This document shows positions 25,441 to 28,595 of a stretch of 28,595 nt of DNA, one piece after another (within the stretch, counting starts at the first letter, position 1; the number at the start of each line of letters is the position of its first letter). Under the pieces are notes generated by a model. That model saw only the letters and a list, made by a program, of their open reading frames with translations, had not been told where the DNA came from and ran no database searches. This DNA comes from Candidatus Micrarchaeaceae archaeon. Lineage in GTDB: Archaea > Micrarchaeota > Micrarchaeia > Micrarchaeales > CABMGC01. Location: positions 5,660-34,254 of the forward strand of contig JAVZVY010000007.1 of the NCBI GenBank assembly GCA_038878295.1, read 5' to 3'. Position numbers and translations under genes: made by a program.

Positions 25441-26126
25441 TGCGCATAAGGCTTGTGGTAGTCAGCCCAAAGTACCAAATTAATATGGGCTACATCGCAA
25501 GAACGGCGATGAATTTCGGCATAAAGAAGCTTTTCATAGTCGAGCCAAGGGCAAAAGTGACTGGTAAGAGCGCATTGATGTACGCGAAGCACGCCAGACG
25601 CCTGCTTGAAAACGCTGTCTTGTGCGGTTCGTTAGACGAAGCAGTGAGCGGCTGCGACATTGTTGTAGGAACAACTGGCGTGCCCAGCAAGGCAAAGGCA
25701 AATTTTATGAACATAGACTTCGCAGAGAGAATTTTCAAGAGAATATCAAGAAACTCTAGCGCTTCCACAACAGTCGCGCTGGTATTGGGACGCGACGACA
25801 CGGGACTCAACCTTGACGAAATCGGAAAGTGCGACTACGTCGCATTTATAGGCGCAAATAGCAACTACAGCACAATGAATATATCACATGCTCTTGCAAT
25901 ACTCCTGTTCATATTCACAAAGGACGCAAATGAAAGGCGCTACGGCAAGCTATTCGCTTCTGCGAGCAGCTCGCAGAAGGAAGTACTGCTGAAGGTTTTT
26001 GAAAACTCGATAAAAGGGAAGAAGATGAGAAACAGGGGCGCAGTCATTGCGGCATTCAAGCGCATAATAGACAAATCACAGCCTACGGAAAAAGAAGCGA
26101 ACGCACTGATTACTGCACTAAAATAA
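25440..26126 (+). CDS. TrmJ/TrmH-family SPOUT tRNA 2'-O-methyltransferase
   Basis: LVVVSPKYQINMGYIARTAMNFG, VLGRDDTGL and YSTMNISHA. TGATG stop/start overlap with the upstream gene. Confidence 0.9.
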   Translation: MRIRLVVVSPKYQINMGYIARTAMNFGIKKLFIVEPRAKVTGKSALMYAKHARRLLENAVLCGSLDEAVSGCDIVVGTTGVPSKAKANFMNIDFAERIFKRISRNSSASTTVALVLGRDDTGLNLDEIGKCDYVAFIGANSNYSTMNISHALAILLFIFTKDANERRYGKLFASASSSQKEVLLKVFENSIKGKKMRNRGAVIAAFKRIIDKSQPTEKEANALITALK

Positions 26127-26498
26127 CTACTTCACGCTCTTTTTACTCTTTATTATTTTGACCTTTGCAGGAGTGACCATTATCCTCTTTTCGTCTATCC
26201 TGGCTATATCGCCGTTTATCTTCCCGACAAAAGCCTTGAGCTCCGCAAGCATATTGTTTGTCGTGTTGGGCCTCTTGCTGAGCTCCTCTATGTTCATCAG
26301 TATTATGTTCTTCTTGTTGAGCTCGTCCTCTATAACCTTGAGGTCGCTTTCCGTGGTTACATTCAGAGGCTTCACATACATGTCAGCAGGCTCGTTCAGT
26401 ATGTCTACATTCTCCATCTCAGCAGAATTCATATATTCCTCTATGTCCATTTCCTTTGAGACGCCCATTGCTTTGCCAAACTTGTCAAAAAGTCCCAT
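26127..26498 (-). CDS. sepF: Cell division protein SepF
   Basis: N-terminal amphipathic MGLFDKFGK, NIILMNI, INGDIARI and IMVTPAKVKI. GGTGA SD before ATG 26498. Confidence 0.9.
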   Translation of the reverse strand: MGLFDKFGKAMGVSKEMDIEEYMNSAEMENVDILNEPADMYVKPLNVTTESDLKVIEDELNKKNIILMNIEELSKRPNTTNNMLAELKAFVGKINGDIARIDEKRIMVTPAKVKIIKSKKSVK

Positions 26499-26671
26499 TT
26501 TATCACCGGTCACCATCGCAATATCTTATGCCATGAGAGAATTTATATATCTTGCGCAGAAACGATTTTCAGCCACTATTTTTCATCACGAATCAGAAAT
26601 ACCTCGTTTCATCACAATACTATTCGCACTGCAAGGATTATATTTGTTTTGCGTCAAATTAACTTGATTTG

Positions 26672-27175
26672 ATGAAGGTGCTCATTAAAAGCAAAATGTT
26701 CACTGTGGAAAGCGGGCAATTCTCTAAGGAAGGCAAGACCGTAAAAGGATTCAGCATAAAGACGCGTGATGTTGTTGTGATACTGCCAATACTGAATGGC
26801 GGAAGTATAATCATAGAAAGGCAATACAGATTTCCTATGAAGAAATACATATACGAGTTGCCAGCAGGGCACATAGAAAAAGGAGAGAAACCGTTTGATG
26901 CAGCAATGCGCGAGCTCGAAGAGGAAACGGGCTACGCTGCAGGCAGGATGAGGCTAATGTTCAAGGCGTATTCTTCTCCAGGCTTGCTTACAGAGAAGCT
27001 TTACGTATACTCTGCAGAAAACCTGAAGAAAACGGAACAGAAACTCGAATATGACGAATTCATACATCTTAAAAAGATAAGCATAAAGGACGCGCTTTCA
27101 ATGATCAGAAGCGGCAAAATAACCGATTTAAAGACGATCGCGGGCATAATCTACTACGCGCGCATGATGCGATAA
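26672..27175 (+). CDS. Nudix hydrolase (ADP-ribose pyrophosphatase-like)
   Basis: ERQYRFP, Nudix box GHIEKGEKPFDAAMRELEEETGY, SSPG and ITDLKT. Confidence 0.93.
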   Translation: MKVLIKSKMFTVESGQFSKEGKTVKGFSIKTRDVVVILPILNGGSIIIERQYRFPMKKYIYELPAGHIEKGEKPFDAAMRELEEETGYAAGRMRLMFKAYSSPGLLTEKLYVYSAENLKKTEQKLEYDEFIHLKKISIKDALSMIRSGKITDLKTIAGIIYYARMMR

Positions 27176-27176
27176 T

Positions 27177-27782
27177 ATGTACTACCAAGCATTTGTTGCA
27201 GCTTACAATATTGGCATAAACATATGGGCATTCCAGCTCTCGAAAGCGATAGCCAGCCCCGCCCTCAATTCGGTAATGCACATAATCAGCCAGAGCTTCA
27301 TAGTGGTGCTGCCCTTGCTCGTTCTTTACATGTATCTTAGAAGGGACAGCAACACATACTCGCTGGCATTTGCTGGTGTGCTTCTTTACATCATATCATA
27401 CGCGATAAAGATTGTAGTTGCAGAGCCGAGGCCGTGCAACGTGCCTGAGCTCTCATGGATAAATCATATAAGCTGCGAATCAACGTATTCATTCCCAAGC
27501 GACCATGCCAGCGTGCTTACTGGTCTGCCTTTCTTTATGGGCAAATACAAAATCCTGAAGTGGCTTTACATAATATGGCTTATACTGGTGCTTGTGGGCC
27601 GCGTCTACCTCGGGCTTCATTACCTTACCGACGTGGTTGCCGGAGTGGCGCTGAGCCTTGCGGTTTCGTATCTAATTTTCGTATACCGAAACAAGATAAA
27701 CAACGGCATCGACTTCATAATCAAGAAAATAATACCGCAGCTTGCTATAAGCGTAAGAAGAGAGGGAAAAGATGGAAAGTAA
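27177..27782 (+). CDS. PAP2-family membrane phosphatase (putative lipid/polyprenyl phosphate phosphatase)
   Basis: K..EPRP, SFPSDH and GRVYLGLHYLTD motifs. Confidence 0.92.
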   Translation: MYYQAFVAAYNIGINIWAFQLSKAIASPALNSVMHIISQSFIVVLPLLVLYMYLRRDSNTYSLAFAGVLLYIISYAIKIVVAEPRPCNVPELSWINHISCESTYSFPSDHASVLTGLPFFMGKYKILKWLYIIWLILVLVGRVYLGLHYLTDVVAGVALSLAVSYLIFVYRNKINNGIDFIIKKIIPQLAISVRREGKDGK

Positions 27783-28595
27783 ATCGTGGCTCACTAGAAA
27801 CATCCTGCTGATTTCTTTTTCCGCATTCTTCGCTGATCTTGGCTACCAGGCTGTGGTCGCTGCAATCCCAGTGTTTCTTGTGATAGTGCTGCATGCTCCA
27901 GCCTGGGCCTTCGGCCTCACAATGGCAATATCATACGGCTTCGGCGCGTTTCTTGGCTACATAGGCGGCAGGCTTTCAGACAGATACGGGAGGAAAAAGA
28001 TAGCTATAATAGGCAACTCTATAATTCCTGTGCTATCGCTCACTGGCCTTGCATCAACGTTCTCTGAAGCCGCAGCGCTTTTTTCTACAGGGTGGCTGTT
28101 CAGGAACTTCAGGTCGCCAGCAAGGCGCGCGATGATAAGCGAAGAAACAAACAGCAAAAACAAGGGCAGGGTATTCGGCTTCCTTAATGCACTTGATGTT
28201 GGAGGGGGCGTGGTTTCGGTTGTGATGCTCATAGCGCTTGTGCTAGCTGGCATTTCCATCAGAAGCATATTCCTTATAACAATAATTCCGCTTGTAATAT
28301 CGACGCTGCTTCTCGCAAATGTGAAGGAGCGAAGAAAGCGCTTGCTGCCCCAAAGCAATGCAAGCAGCGCGTCAACCAAATCGATAATATCTGGCAGAAC
28401 ATATAAAGGCGTCATAATAGCAACAGCCCTTTACGGCTTCAGCTACTACAGCCTCGGCTTCCCAATACTTACGATAGCGCAGACTTCTGGCATAGACACG
28501 CTTGGCTTCGCATCATACGCTCTCTTCCTTGCGACCTCTGCAGTTTTCGGCTACATAATAGGCACCAGAAAGTACAGGCTTATAGCAAGCCTTGC
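27772..28595 (+). CDS. MFS transporter (3' end beyond the window)
   Basis: Missing from the ORF track. Manual translation from ATG 27772 gives MESKSWLTRNILLISFSAFFADLGYQ..., motif A GGRLSDRYGRKK, RSPARRAMI and GRVFGFLNALD. Confidence 0.92.
   Translation, partial: MESKSWLTRNILLISFSAFFADLGYQAVVAAIPVFLVIVLHAPAWAFGLTMAISYGFGAFLGYIGGRLSDRYGRKKIAIIGNSIIPVLSLTGLASTFSEAAALFSTGWLFRNFRSPARRAMISEETNSKNKGRVFGFLNALDVGGGVVSVVMLIALVLAGISIRSIFLITIIPLVISTLLLANVKERRKRLLPQSNASSASTKSIISGRTYKGVIIATALYGFSYYSLGFPILTIAQTSGIDTLGFASYALFLATSAVFGYIIGTRKYRLIASL

Noticed and set aside
27957..28415. 152-aa minus-strand ORF
   Set aside because: It is antisense to the clear MFS transporter frame starting at 27772.

Overview
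Gene-dense archaeal chromosomal segment made up mostly of housekeeping genes. GatD/GatE, RFC-S, aIF5B, aIF5A, S24e/S27ae, an ATP-dependent ligase and an intron-containing tRNA all point to Archaea. The compact layout, GGTG-type SD motifs, divergent core enzymes and relaxed tRNA splice motif suggest DPANN, possibly Micrarchaeota; that is inference, not a database result. Gene order: rfcS, CDP-alcohol phosphatidyltransferase, ileS, small 4xCxxC zinc finger, MtaB-like methylthiotransferase, gatD, membrane ORF, gatE, AIM24, membrane-anchored ArsR-wHTH/DUF4382-like protein, infB, ndk, DUF59, ~1000-aa four-module beta-helix surface protein, tRNA-Thr(CGU) with a 38-nt intron, HemK-like MTase, DUF1059, DNA ligase, two tandem ftsZ, eIF5A, rps24e, rps27ae, CPBP protease, TrmJ-like MTase, sepF, Nudix, PAP2 and a truncated MFS transporter. 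I saw no mobile element, CRISPR array or defence system. Best leads: (1) a putative one-component transmembrane regulator with three motifs phased exactly 31 bp apart next to its own TATA box; (2) a tRNA intron that can fold into two mutually exclusive hairpins, one burying the 5' splice site; (3) the modular Cys-capped beta-helix adhesin candidate; (4) tandem FtsZ2-like paralogs near sepF; (5) a FYVE-like spaced zinc finger. All are hypotheses, and none is demonstrably a new system from sequence alone.
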